Assembly (NCBI GenBank): GCA_026389975.1
Contig: JAPLGV010000409.1
Location: 1-30,066, forward strand
Length of the DNA stretch: 30,066 nt
From: Chloroflexota bacterium
GTDB lineage: Bacteria; Chloroflexota; Anaerolineae; Anaerolineales; Villigracilaceae
Direction: 5' to 3'
The notes below the pieces were generated by a model. It was not told where the DNA came from, did no database searches, and saw only the letters and a list, made by a program, of their open reading frames with translations. Made by a program: the position numbers and the translations under genes. Below, in pieces: positions 16,835 to 26,015 of this stretch. Numbering within the stretch: position 1 is the stretch's first letter; every line of letters begins with the position of its first letter.

Positions 16835-18691
16835 ATGTTTGGATATCTAGGAAAATACTTACGAGTAGATTTGACTTCACGGCAAATCAAAATCCTGCCC
16901 ATCGAGGATTCGCTTTTCCTAAAATACATCGGCGGTGTGGGAATCGCGGCGAGAATCGTATTCGATGAGACCACCCCAGAAACCGATCCGCTTGGGCCGG
17001 AGAATGTCCTGGCAGCTTTCACCGGACCTTTCACCGGTACCCGCGTGCCATCTTCCAGCCGGCATCATTATGTGGCCAGATCACCACAAACAGGAATTAT
17101 CGGTGAATCCAGTGTGGGAGGTGATTGGGGGGCGCAACTCAAACAGGCCGGTTTTGATGGGATTGTGGTAACTGGAAAAGCGGAATCTCCCGTTTATCTA
17201 TGGATTCATGATGGTGAGATCGAACTTCGGGATGCCAGCTCAATTTGGGGCCAGGATGCTTTTGATTCAACCGAATGGCTCAAATCCCAAACCGATCCAA
17301 AAGCCACGACTGCGGTGATCGGCCAGGCTGGAGAAAATCTGGTGCCGATTGCCAGCATTCCTCATATCGGGAAAACCGTGCGGACCGCCGGGCGTACTGG
17401 CATGGGAGCCGTGATGGGGTCAAAGAACTTGAAAGCCATGGTTGCTTATGGTACCCGACCCATTCCAATTGCAGATGATGCTGCCCTGAAAACCAGCGTC
17501 GAGCAGACCCTCCCTCACATCCGCCAGGTGACAGGGGACTTCACCAAATATGGTACTTCCGGTGGCGTGGAAAAATATGAATATATGGGCAATTTCCCCA
17601 TTAAAAACTGGCGTGGTAGCCGTTGGGAAGAAGGCGCCAGCAAAATCTCCGGGGTGCGTATGCACGATACCATCCTGGTGGGACGCTATACCTGTCGGAG
17701 ATGCACGATCGCCTGTGGTCGGCATGTCAAAATTGAACAAGGACCATATGCGCCCCTGGATACCGAAGGGCCTGAGTACGAGACCGTAGGTACCATGGGT
17801 GGTGAGTGCCTAATTGATAACTTGGAAGCCATCTGCAAGGCCAATGAACTGTGTAATCGTTATGGGTTGGACACGATCTCGGTTGGTGCGGCTGTCGCCT
17901 TTGGGATGGAAGCCTTTGAGAGAGGCTTGATAACAAAAATCGATACGGATGGCTTGGATCTCGTCTGGGGCAGTAGCGAAGCCCTGGTCGAGATGGTACA
18001 TCGCATTGCTAAGGGCGAGAATATTGGCAAATTATTGGGAAAGGGTGTCAAAGCAGCAGCTGAAGAATTAAGAGGGAACGCGGTTGAATTTGCTGTTCAC
18101 GTCAAAGGTCTGGAACCTTCGGCCCACGATCCGCGGCGTTTTTGGACCCAGGCCCTCAGCTACGCAACTGCCGCGCGTGGTGCCTGCCACAATGCGGCCT
18201 GGTCGCATCCCTACGAATTAGGATTGAGTCTCCCGGAAGTTGGGTTGGACACGCCCAAGAAATCATACGAAATAAATGGGCTGGCGGAATATGTGTCCAA
18301 ATTACAGAACTTCCAGTGTTTGAATGATTCTTTGATCCTTTGCCGCTTTGCACAGGTCGGTAAAGCAGTTACTCTTACAAATACCGTGGATTGGTACAAC
18401 AGGATCACTGGGCTGGATATTGGCGTTGAGGATCTCATGCTGGCTGGGGAACGAGCCTTCAACCTGAAACGGCTTTACAATACCCGTTTGGGGATAAGCC
18501 GCAAAGATGATTTCCTACCACCGCGCTTCATGACCCACAATCGTAAAGGCGGAGGTCTGAATACTCAATTGCCCCCCATTGGGCAGATGCTCAATGAGTA
18601 TTATGAATATCGGGGTTGGGATGAATTCGGAATCCCTACTCCGGAGAAATTGGCGGCACTGGATTTACTCGAGCCAGCTCTTAATTTCTAA
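16835..18691 (+). CDS. Aldehyde:ferredoxin oxidoreductase family (W/Mo-pterin, 4Fe-4S)
   Basis: GRTGMGAVMGSKNLKA, CRRCTIAC, GPEYET, CNRYGLDTIS, HDPR and EYYEYRGWD motifs. ATG 16835 has AAAGGA upstream. Confidence 0.95.
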   Translation: MFGYLGKYLRVDLTSRQIKILPIEDSLFLKYIGGVGIAARIVFDETTPETDPLGPENVLAAFTGPFTGTRVPSSSRHHYVARSPQTGIIGESSVGGDWGAQLKQAGFDGIVVTGKAESPVYLWIHDGEIELRDASSIWGQDAFDSTEWLKSQTDPKATTAVIGQAGENLVPIASIPHIGKTVRTAGRTGMGAVMGSKNLKAMVAYGTRPIPIADDAALKTSVEQTLPHIRQVTGDFTKYGTSGGVEKYEYMGNFPIKNWRGSRWEEGASKISGVRMHDTILVGRYTCRRCTIACGRHVKIEQGPYAPLDTEGPEYETVGTMGGECLIDNLEAICKANELCNRYGLDTISVGAAVAFGMEAFERGLITKIDTDGLDLVWGSSEALVEMVHRIAKGENIGKLLGKGVKAAAEELRGNAVEFAVHVKGLEPSAHDPRRFWTQALSYATAARGACHNAAWSHPYELGLSLPEVGLDTPKKSYEINGLAEYVSKLQNFQCLNDSLILCRFAQVGKAVTLTNTVDWYNRITGLDIGVEDLMLAGERAFNLKRLYNTRLGISRKDDFLPPRFMTHNRKGGGLNTQLPPIGQMLNEYYEYRGWDEFGIPTPEKLAALDLLEPALNF

Positions 18692-18712
18692 GAAAAATAA
18701 AGGAGTCCTGAA

Positions 18713-19105
18713 ATGAAACTTGTCGAGAGAAATGATGTTACTAAGAAACCGTTACCGGGCCGGGTTATCCAACTGGTCACCGGTCAGAGCGGTGCTGTAT
18801 CCCAAAGCGATGTGATTACGATGGGATTCGCCCGCTACTCCGCGGAGAGCGGTCCCATGGAACCCCACCACCATGTGGAAGAAATAGTCTATATTCTGGA
18901 ATCCAAAGATGGTTATGTCCGTCACGGTGGTTTTGGCAAAGAACCCAACGAATTAGGTCAACGTATCGTACTTAGACCAGGGATGATCCTTCATTTTCCT
19001 GCCTTCGAATGGCATGTTTTCGAGTATGAAGAAGGCGGCTGTGTTGATATCATCTTCTACTACTCTGATCCAGGTGTGTATACAAGCAACTTCAAGAAAG
19101 AATAG
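18713..19105 (+). CDS. Cupin-domain protein
   Basis: PHHHVEEIVYIL and HFPAFEWH metal-binding motifs; RBS AAGGAG. Confidence 0.8.
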   Translation: MKLVERNDVTKKPLPGRVIQLVTGQSGAVSQSDVITMGFARYSAESGPMEPHHHVEEIVYILESKDGYVRHGGFGKEPNELGQRIVLRPGMILHFPAFEWHVFEYEEGGCVDIIFYYSDPGVYTSNFKKE

Positions 19106-19237
19106 AACAGACAACGTGTATCGGGCAGATTTTTACCGGCCCAAATAAACAAAGTCACCTCGACCAGTAAAGCCAACGTCATCCCGTACGCCATGTTTGC
19201 TGTTCCCGGTGGAGAGCGATCTGCCAAGGTCTATGAT

Positions 19238-20149
19238 ATGAATGTTCAAGTTTTTGATCCGCGATTTTACCAACTCATCGACAAAGACTGCGAGTTGGAG
19301 CTGGTTGTTACTGGCTTCGAATTCACTGAGGGGCCAATCTGGCATCCTGGAGAAAAATCGCTCATCTTTAACGATATTATCGGGAACGCCATTTACCATT
19401 GGACTGAGAAGAGCGGGCTAAAAAAGATTCGGCGCAACAGCTATATGGCCAATGGAAACACATATGACCGGCAAGGAAGAGTGGTCACCTGTGAGCATGC
19501 CACCAGTCGCATTACACGCACTGATTTTACGGGCGGTGGAGCACTTGAGATCCTCGCAACCCATTATCAGGGTAAAGAGCTGAACAGCCCCAATGACATC
19601 ATCTGTAAACGCGATGGCATACTTTACTTTTCCGATCCGAACATGGGTCGAGGGCCCAGTCATGGGGTGCCGCGCCAACAGGAATTGAATTTCCAGGGTG
19701 TCTACCGCCTGGATCCTTCTGGCCAGAGTCTGAGGTTGTTGGTGGAAGATTTCTCGAAGCCTAATGGGCTATGCTTTTCTATCGATGAAAAACGTCTCTT
19801 CATTGACGACAGCGAGTATAACCATATCCGTGTTTTTGATGTGAAAAGTGATGGATCTTTGCATAATGGTCGGCTATGGGCAGAACTTGCTCGAGTTGGA
19901 AAAGGCGTGGCGGATGGCATGAAAATCGATCGGGCCGGAAATATCTATTGTTGCGGTCCTGGCGGAATTCATCTATTGGATGCAAATGCCAATTATTTGG
20001 GAATTATCCTCATGCCAGAACAAACCGCAAACCTTGCCTGGGGGGATGATGACCTTAGTAGCTTGTACATTACAGCCTCCACTTCGGTGTATCGCCTCCG
20101 GACCGGTGCATCGTCTTCGAACCTTGGAGTCTGGGTTCCCCGCAATTAA
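19238..20149 (+). CDS. SMP-30/gluconolactonase/LRE family lactonase
   Basis: FEFTEGPIW, LNSPND, PNGLCFS and ADGMKID motifs. Start is 19238 or 19193. Confidence 0.92.
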   Translation: MNVQVFDPRFYQLIDKDCELELVVTGFEFTEGPIWHPGEKSLIFNDIIGNAIYHWTEKSGLKKIRRNSYMANGNTYDRQGRVVTCEHATSRITRTDFTGGGALEILATHYQGKELNSPNDIICKRDGILYFSDPNMGRGPSHGVPRQQELNFQGVYRLDPSGQSLRLLVEDFSKPNGLCFSIDEKRLFIDDSEYNHIRVFDVKSDGSLHNGRLWAELARVGKGVADGMKIDRAGNIYCCGPGGIHLLDANANYLGIILMPEQTANLAWGDDDLSSLYITASTSVYRLRTGASSSNLGVWVPRN

Positions 20150-20174
20150 TATCGTTTGATCAGAAGGAGATTCA

Positions 20175-21239
20175 GTGGACAAAAAAGATATCCTGGTAAA
20201 CCATGCCGATCTGCAGAATTTTTCTGCCGCGCTATTTGAAAAAGCAGGCTTATCCCCTGAAAATGCGGATTTCTTTGCCCAATCGTTGGTGGACATTAAC
20301 TTATGGGGTATCGATTCGCACGGTGTGCTTCGCCTGCCAATCTATGTCAAACGGCTTAAATCTGGTGCCTGTAACCCCAAGCCTAATTTAAGGACTGTCA
20401 AGAGCGCTATCACACTGGAAGTCATGGATGGCGATAATGGCCCGGGTCAAATAGTAGGCCGCGCTGCAATGGAGCGAGCCATCGAACTGGCGAAAACGTA
20501 TAACTTCGGGATTGTAGGAGCCTTCCACAGCAATCATTTTGGGGCGGCCGCCACCTACTCTCGTATGGCCGCTGCTCAAGGCATGCTAGGCGTGTCAATG
20601 ACCAATGTCGTCCAGAACGTGGTTGCTCCTGGAGGAAGCAAGCCGATCATTGGCAATAATCCATTTTCAGTCGCAGTACCTACTTACGGGAAATTCCCAT
20701 TTGTGTTGGACATCTCCCTTTCAGCAGTTTCAGGCGGAAAACTTCTACTCGCCAGTAAAAAAGGCGAAAAAATCCCTCTGGATTGGGGCACAGATAAATT
20801 CGGAAAACCAACGGATGACCCTGATGTAGCTTTCAATGGTTTCTTGTTACCAGTGGGAGCCTATAAAGGCTTGGGGTTGGCCTATGTAATTGAGATCCTG
20901 ACTGGGGTTCTCACCAGTGGAGTCTTCCTGGATGGCATGAAAGGAATGTACAAATACCCTGATGATCCAAGTTTGACCTCTCACATGATGATGGCTGTGA
21001 ACATTTCTGCCATTATGGATCCAGGCGAATTGGAAAAACGGATGACTGAATTCACGCAAAAGATTCATTCATCGCCAATGTGGGATGAGAAGCAGGAAAT
21101 GCTGATCCCTGGGGAACTTGAGCACCGTACCATGCAAGCCCGGAAAGCAAACGGCATCCCTCTGCAGATGAATTTGTATGAGGAATTAACGAGCCTGGCG
21201 ACCGAACTGGGTGTCCCGGCCACTTTATCAAAGATGTAA
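20175..21239 (+). CDS. Ldh_2 (malate/L-lactate/2-oxo-acid, AllD/YiaK-like) oxidoreductase
   Basis: GIDSHGVLRL, SNHFGAA, GNNPFSVAVP and KGLGLA motifs; GTG start after AGAAGGAG. Confidence 0.92.
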   Translation: MDKKDILVNHADLQNFSAALFEKAGLSPENADFFAQSLVDINLWGIDSHGVLRLPIYVKRLKSGACNPKPNLRTVKSAITLEVMDGDNGPGQIVGRAAMERAIELAKTYNFGIVGAFHSNHFGAAATYSRMAAAQGMLGVSMTNVVQNVVAPGGSKPIIGNNPFSVAVPTYGKFPFVLDISLSAVSGGKLLLASKKGEKIPLDWGTDKFGKPTDDPDVAFNGFLLPVGAYKGLGLAYVIEILTGVLTSGVFLDGMKGMYKYPDDPSLTSHMMMAVNISAIMDPGELEKRMTEFTQKIHSSPMWDEKQEMLIPGELEHRTMQARKANGIPLQMNLYEELTSLATELGVPATLSKM

Positions 21240-21267
21240 CTAAAAAAACAAAAAAAGGAGATATAAA

Positions 21268-22080
21268 ATGGAAAAAAAGAAATACCTGTGGTGGCATGAG
21301 CTACCAGCGCCTGAATTAACCCGCTTTGCCAGGGAAGTCAGCGATATCGCCATCCTGCCTATTGGGGCTATAGAACAACACGGACCCCATTCACCTTGCG
21401 GTGTAGATGCTTTCAACGCCAGGGGAATGGCTGAGTTAATTGCCCAGAAAACCGATGTGATGCTGCTGCCCTGGATGTGGTATGGGTCGCATCCCTATCA
21501 TCATTGGTACATGCCAGGAACAATTCCGTTGAGTTACGATACCCACATCGCTCTGCTGGTCGATATCATCCAAGGTGCCTCAGTATCGGGTTTTAACAAA
21601 TTCATCATCCTGTCAGCCCATGGACAGGTTTCCACCACCCTGGTTGCGGTTCATAAACTGGGGCTGGCCGGGCATTTCACCTTATCCCTGCACTGGTACG
21701 ATTTCCTGCGGGATAACAAGGACGTGCTGGATGATTACATGTGGCACGCCGACGAAGCCGAGACTTCTGTTGGACTGTATCTGTATCCCCAATACATTGA
21801 TATGAGCAAGGCTGAAAAAGGCGGCGGGGAAGCGCTGATCGATAAGCGCTTTATCATTGCGCCTGGACAAATGCCCAAACCCGGGATGATGTACCACTTT
21901 GAAGGGACCTTTGCTCGCCCGGAGTACAAAGAACTACCAAATGGCGTCATCGGTGACCCTACCAAAGCCACACTCGAAAAGGGCGAGGTCATTGTCACCC
22001 GTGTTGTGAACCACATCGTCGAGCTCATCGAAGATATCAAGACCCGCTGGCCAGTCGGCACCAAGCCGCCAGTTAAATAG
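21268..22080 (+). CDS. Creatininase-family metallohydrolase, IolN-like
   Basis: PIGAIEQHGPH...D, AHGQ and HADEAETS metal ligands; WYGSHPYHH..PGT segment; RBS AAGGAG. Confidence 0.88.
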   Translation: MEKKKYLWWHELPAPELTRFAREVSDIAILPIGAIEQHGPHSPCGVDAFNARGMAELIAQKTDVMLLPWMWYGSHPYHHWYMPGTIPLSYDTHIALLVDIIQGASVSGFNKFIILSAHGQVSTTLVAVHKLGLAGHFTLSLHWYDFLRDNKDVLDDYMWHADEAETSVGLYLYPQYIDMSKAEKGGGEALIDKRFIIAPGQMPKPGMMYHFEGTFARPEYKELPNGVIGDPTKATLEKGEVIVTRVVNHIVELIEDIKTRWPVGTKPPVK

Positions 22081-22091
22081 AGCAGCAAATC

Positions 22092-22123
22092 GTAGAGATG
22101 GATGAGAAATCGTCCTTCTCTAC
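22092..22123 (+). other. Intergenic stem-loop with GAAA tetraloop
   Basis: gtagagatggatga-gaaa-tcgtccttctctac; there is no U-tract, so it is more likely a stabiliser than a terminator. Confidence 0.5.
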
Positions 22124-22154
22124 TCCATTCTATAAACCATAGAGAGGATGAATT

Positions 22155-22931
22155 ATGAAGCTAAAAGACAAGGTATCTATTATAACCGGTGCAACCATGG
22201 GAATCGGCCTGGCTTGCGCCCAGGAATTTGCCGTCGAAGGTTCCAAAGTTGTTCTGGCTGGCCGCAGTCAGGAATTGGGAGAAAAAGCCGCTGTAGATAT
22301 TCGAGCAAGTGGTGGTGATGCGATTTTCATCCCCTGTGATGTTAGTAAGAAAGATGAAATTCAAAATTTGGTTCAAAAAACCGTGGAACACTATGGCCGG
22401 ATCGATGTGGTGGTCAATAACGCTGGGACGAATCACAGTGCCAACTTCTTCGATACCACCGAAGAGGATTGGGACCGGGTCATGAGTGTGGATTTAAAAG
22501 CCACATTCTTGCTCAGCCAGGCCGCGGCCAGAGTGATGGTGGATAAGAAGATTCCCGGCGTGGTCATCAACATGACCTCGGTCATGGCCGTTTTGGCTTT
22601 GGGGGACCAGGTGCCATATTGCGCAGCCAAAGGCGGGGCCAACCAACTCACAAAATCAATGGCAATAGCTCTCGCCGGTTATGGGATTCGTGTCAATGCC
22701 ATCGGTCCCGGCCCGGTACTGACTGATCTCATGAAGCGAGTGGTAAGTAGCAAAGAAAAAGAAACTGTACTCCTCGATCGAATGCCACTTGGGAGAATTG
22801 CCGAATGCCGTGAAATTGCAACCGTAGCCGTGTTTTTGGCCAGCGACGATTCCAGCTTCATCACCGGTCAATGTATTTACCCAGATGGCGGTCGGATGAT
22901 CCAGGCATTTCCAAGAAAGCAGGAAAAGTGA
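22155..22931 (+). CDS. SDR-family NAD(P)-dependent oxidoreductase
   Basis: TGATMGIG, NNAG, YCAAK and VNAIGPG motifs. Confidence 0.95.
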   Translation: MKLKDKVSIITGATMGIGLACAQEFAVEGSKVVLAGRSQELGEKAAVDIRASGGDAIFIPCDVSKKDEIQNLVQKTVEHYGRIDVVVNNAGTNHSANFFDTTEEDWDRVMSVDLKATFLLSQAAARVMVDKKIPGVVINMTSVMAVLALGDQVPYCAAKGGANQLTKSMAIALAGYGIRVNAIGPGPVLTDLMKRVVSSKEKETVLLDRMPLGRIAECREIATVAVFLASDDSSFITGQCIYPDGGRMIQAFPRKQEK

Positions 22932-22935
22932 TCTA

Positions 22936-23373
22936 ATGCCACGCGTGACACTGACCGAACAGCAAAATTATGAGTTTAGCCATTCCCTGACGGTTCGGCC
23001 GACTGATATTAATTACGCTGGCCATTTGGGAAATGAAGCTTTGTTGGGGTTGGTGCACGAAGCGCGTGCGTATTTCTTAAAGGAATTGAATTTCAACACG
23101 ATTGTCGGGAACGAACAGCGCATTGGGCTGCTCATTGCAGATTTGGCTGTCAACTTCAAAGCTGAAGCATTTGCCCATGATCAGCTCACGGTGGATTGTC
23201 AAATTGATGAATTACAGGAAAAATCATTTCGCCTTTTTCATCGAATTCGCTGCGGTGAGCAGGTGATTACTTTGGTCGAGACTGGTGTGGTTGCCTATGA
23301 TTACCAATCTGGCCATGTGGTTCCGCTGCCTGATGATTTTTTAAATGGGCTACAGAATTTTCGTAGAAGATGA
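22936..23373 (+). CDS. Hotdog-fold thioesterase (4HBT/FcbC-like)
   Basis: VRPTDINYAGHLGN...HEAR motif. Confidence 0.85.
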   Translation: MPRVTLTEQQNYEFSHSLTVRPTDINYAGHLGNEALLGLVHEARAYFLKELNFNTIVGNEQRIGLLIADLAVNFKAEAFAHDQLTVDCQIDELQEKSFRLFHRIRCGEQVITLVETGVVAYDYQSGHVVPLPDDFLNGLQNFRRR

Positions 23374-23394
23374 TTTTTATTATCGGAGAAATAG

Positions 23395-24816
23395 ATGAAT
23401 AATCCCAAAGTTGCATTGATGACTTTTGGTGACGCTCGTGACCATGAGTGGAACAACTTGTTCCGCGGTCTGACCGAACCAAGACATAAACAGATCATCG
23501 AATATTTCAATAAGTTGCCGATCGAGCTCCACGCATTAGAAGAAGTTGCCCGCACGAAAGATCAAATTGATGCACAGGTAGATGCGCTAAAAACTGCCGG
23601 GATTGCCGCGTTTATTGTCCATCTTCCTTGTTGGACCGCGCCAAATTTGGTTTTGTGCGGTGTTCAACGGATGGGATTGCCAACCATCTTGGTGTCCAAC
23701 CGGCATCCTGGAACCCATGGTACGGTCGGATTGCTGGGGGCCGGGGGGGCACTGGATCAGATTGGCTACCCCCATCTTCGCGTGCGAGAAGGTTTTGACA
23801 CCCCTGCCTTGGGCGAGAAAGTTTTACCATTTACCCGGGCAGCTTCAGCGGTGGCTCAGTTACGCGGTCAAGTATTTGGCATGTTTGGTGGACGCTCCCT
23901 GGGAATCGATACCGGTACCATTGACACAATGCAATGGCGGAGGCAGTTTGGTGTGGATGTCGAACATATCGACCAGTTGGAAATCATCCGCCGGGCGGAA
24001 CTCATCGAAGATGAACCCACTGGAAAAATGGTCGCCTGGCTGGAAGAAAAAATGGGGTCCGTGGATTACGATGGCTCGAAACTGACACCTGAGAAGCTCG
24101 GGTTCCAATCCCGCTGTTACCTGGCTACTCGGCAGATCATTGAAGAGTTAGGGCTGGATTTCGTGGCGATCAAGTGTATGCCCGACCTAGCCAATCACTA
24201 TGTTCCCCAATGTATCTCGGCAGCACTGCTGCCTGGACCTTATGATTCGCAGGGTCATAAAAAGCCAGTCCCGATGGCTTGTGAGACTGATGGGGATGGG
24301 GCACTTACGATGCAAATATTAGGTTTGGTTTCGGGGGGTCAGCCAACTTTGTTTGGCGATTTGAGCTATCTAGATGATGAAAACCTGACCATTTACATTC
24401 CCAACTGTGGTGCCATGTGCAGTTGGTTCGCGGGTCGATCCTCCAATCTGGAAGAAAACCTGTCAAAGATCCAACTGCGGCCTTCCTTCCGGCCCGGCGG
24501 AGGCGCGACGGCCTACTTCAAGGCTGCTCCTGGCCCGGTAACTCTGGCGCGCCTTTCCCGTCGAGAGGGGAAATATGTAATGACCATCTTCACCGGTGAT
24601 GCCATTGAACCATCTCCCGAGGCCTATGAAGAATTTGTGAAAGCGCGTGGCAGCCATCAACTCCCGACAATGTTTGTTCGCGCGAACCTGAACTTCGACG
24701 AACTTATCGCTGAATTTGGATCCAACCATATTTCTGGCACCGCAGGTCTGTACGTCGAAGAATTAGTGCATGTCTGCCATTTACTCGATATTCAGCCCAT
24801 TGTCCTCGCGAACTGA
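23395..24816 (+). CDS. L-fucose/L-arabinose isomerase family protein
   Basis: GGRSLGIDTG, AIKCMPDL, ACETDGDGALTM, NCGA, GPVTLARL and NHI motifs. Confidence 0.88.
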   Translation: MNNPKVALMTFGDARDHEWNNLFRGLTEPRHKQIIEYFNKLPIELHALEEVARTKDQIDAQVDALKTAGIAAFIVHLPCWTAPNLVLCGVQRMGLPTILVSNRHPGTHGTVGLLGAGGALDQIGYPHLRVREGFDTPALGEKVLPFTRAASAVAQLRGQVFGMFGGRSLGIDTGTIDTMQWRRQFGVDVEHIDQLEIIRRAELIEDEPTGKMVAWLEEKMGSVDYDGSKLTPEKLGFQSRCYLATRQIIEELGLDFVAIKCMPDLANHYVPQCISAALLPGPYDSQGHKKPVPMACETDGDGALTMQILGLVSGGQPTLFGDLSYLDDENLTIYIPNCGAMCSWFAGRSSNLEENLSKIQLRPSFRPGGGATAYFKAAPGPVTLARLSRREGKYVMTIFTGDAIEPSPEAYEEFVKARGSHQLPTMFVRANLNFDELIAEFGSNHISGTAGLYVEELVHVCHLLDIQPIVLAN

Positions 24817-24828
24817 GAGGTATCTTTA

Positions 24829-25971
24829 ATGGATCGTAGAACAGCATTTACTGCCACTCTCAACCACCAAGAGCCGGATATGGTTTTAGTGGATTACGGG
24901 AAGCATATAGGTTCTTTTCATGTTAAGGCCTATGAACGGCTCCTTAAACACCTGGGAATTCAGTCTGCGATAACTATTCTCGACCGGATGGCGCAAAATG
25001 TGGTTTTGGATGAGTCAGTGTGTCGGATGCTGGGAATCGATTTCCGGTGGATCGTACCCAATTGGGTGGGGGTCCGGGATATCGAGATCGATGGAGAGCC
25101 TGGGTATATCGATATGTGGCAGACTCCCCATAAATGGACAGAGGTCGGTCAATATTACGCTATCCACACATCCCCCTTCAATCAAAAAACACTCAGCCGC
25201 GAGGATATCGAGAATTTTGATTGGCCTGATCCCAACAATCCAAACATGTTTTCAGGTTTAAAAGAAAAAGCTCAGGATTGGTACGAAAATACCGATTATA
25301 TTGTTGGCGCGGATGGGATCAAAGTCGGAATTTTACAAACCGCATCGCAGCTGCGTGGCTATGACAAATTATTCATGGACTTTGCGCTCAATCCGGAGAT
25401 CACCCATATTTTCTTGGACAGAATTTCATCTGTTATCAATGAAATGTACCGCCATTATCTAGAAGTCGTTGGCCCCTATGTCCAGGTTGTGGTCATTACA
25501 GATGATCAGGGTACTCAAAACTCATTGATGATATCGCCTGCAATGTTCCGGGAATTTATCAAGCCGCGTCTGAAATCCTTGATCGACACCATCAAGGCAA
25601 CCGCTGACGTTAAAGTGTTGATGCACTGCGATGGCGCCATCCTGAAGATTATTCCCGACTTGATCGAGATTGGTGTCGATATTCTTAACCCCATCCAGAC
25701 GGTTGTTCAAGGGCTTGAAGATACTAAAGCGCTCAAAGAACAGTTCGGGGATCAGATTTGCTTCCATGGAGGCATTGACGTGCAACAGGTGCTGCCCAAT
25801 GCAAGCCCGGAAGAAGTACGTCAGGAAGTCGAAAGACGAAAATGTGATCTTGGGCGTAGGGGAGGCTACATTCTTGCTCCGTGCCATAATATCAATGTAG
25901 ATATCCCGGTTGAAAATGTGATCGCCTTATTCGATGCTGTGCATGATTTGGGTTGTTACCCGTTGGGTTGA
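24829..25971 (+). CDS. Uroporphyrinogen decarboxylase superfamily protein (MtaA/CmuA-like methyltransferase candidate)
   Basis: DDQGTQNSLMISP, MHCDG, LNPIQT, FHGGIDVQ and GGYILAPCHNI motifs, including likely Zn ligands H-x-C and the C-terminal C. Confidence 0.9.
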   Translation: MDRRTAFTATLNHQEPDMVLVDYGKHIGSFHVKAYERLLKHLGIQSAITILDRMAQNVVLDESVCRMLGIDFRWIVPNWVGVRDIEIDGEPGYIDMWQTPHKWTEVGQYYAIHTSPFNQKTLSREDIENFDWPDPNNPNMFSGLKEKAQDWYENTDYIVGADGIKVGILQTASQLRGYDKLFMDFALNPEITHIFLDRISSVINEMYRHYLEVVGPYVQVVVITDDQGTQNSLMISPAMFREFIKPRLKSLIDTIKATADVKVLMHCDGAILKIIPDLIEIGVDILNPIQTVVQGLEDTKALKEQFGDQICFHGGIDVQQVLPNASPEEVRQEVERRKCDLGRRGGYILAPCHNINVDIPVENVIALFDAVHDLGCYPLG

Positions 25972-26015
25972 TAATAAATCTATTTTGGTTTTGTAACTAT
26001 ACTAAGGAGAAAATA

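Noticed and set aside
19106-19237. Spacer between cupin and lactonase as a gene remnant or RNA element
   Set aside because: No recognisable motif or stable structure; it may simply be a longer lactonase N-terminus (start 19193).
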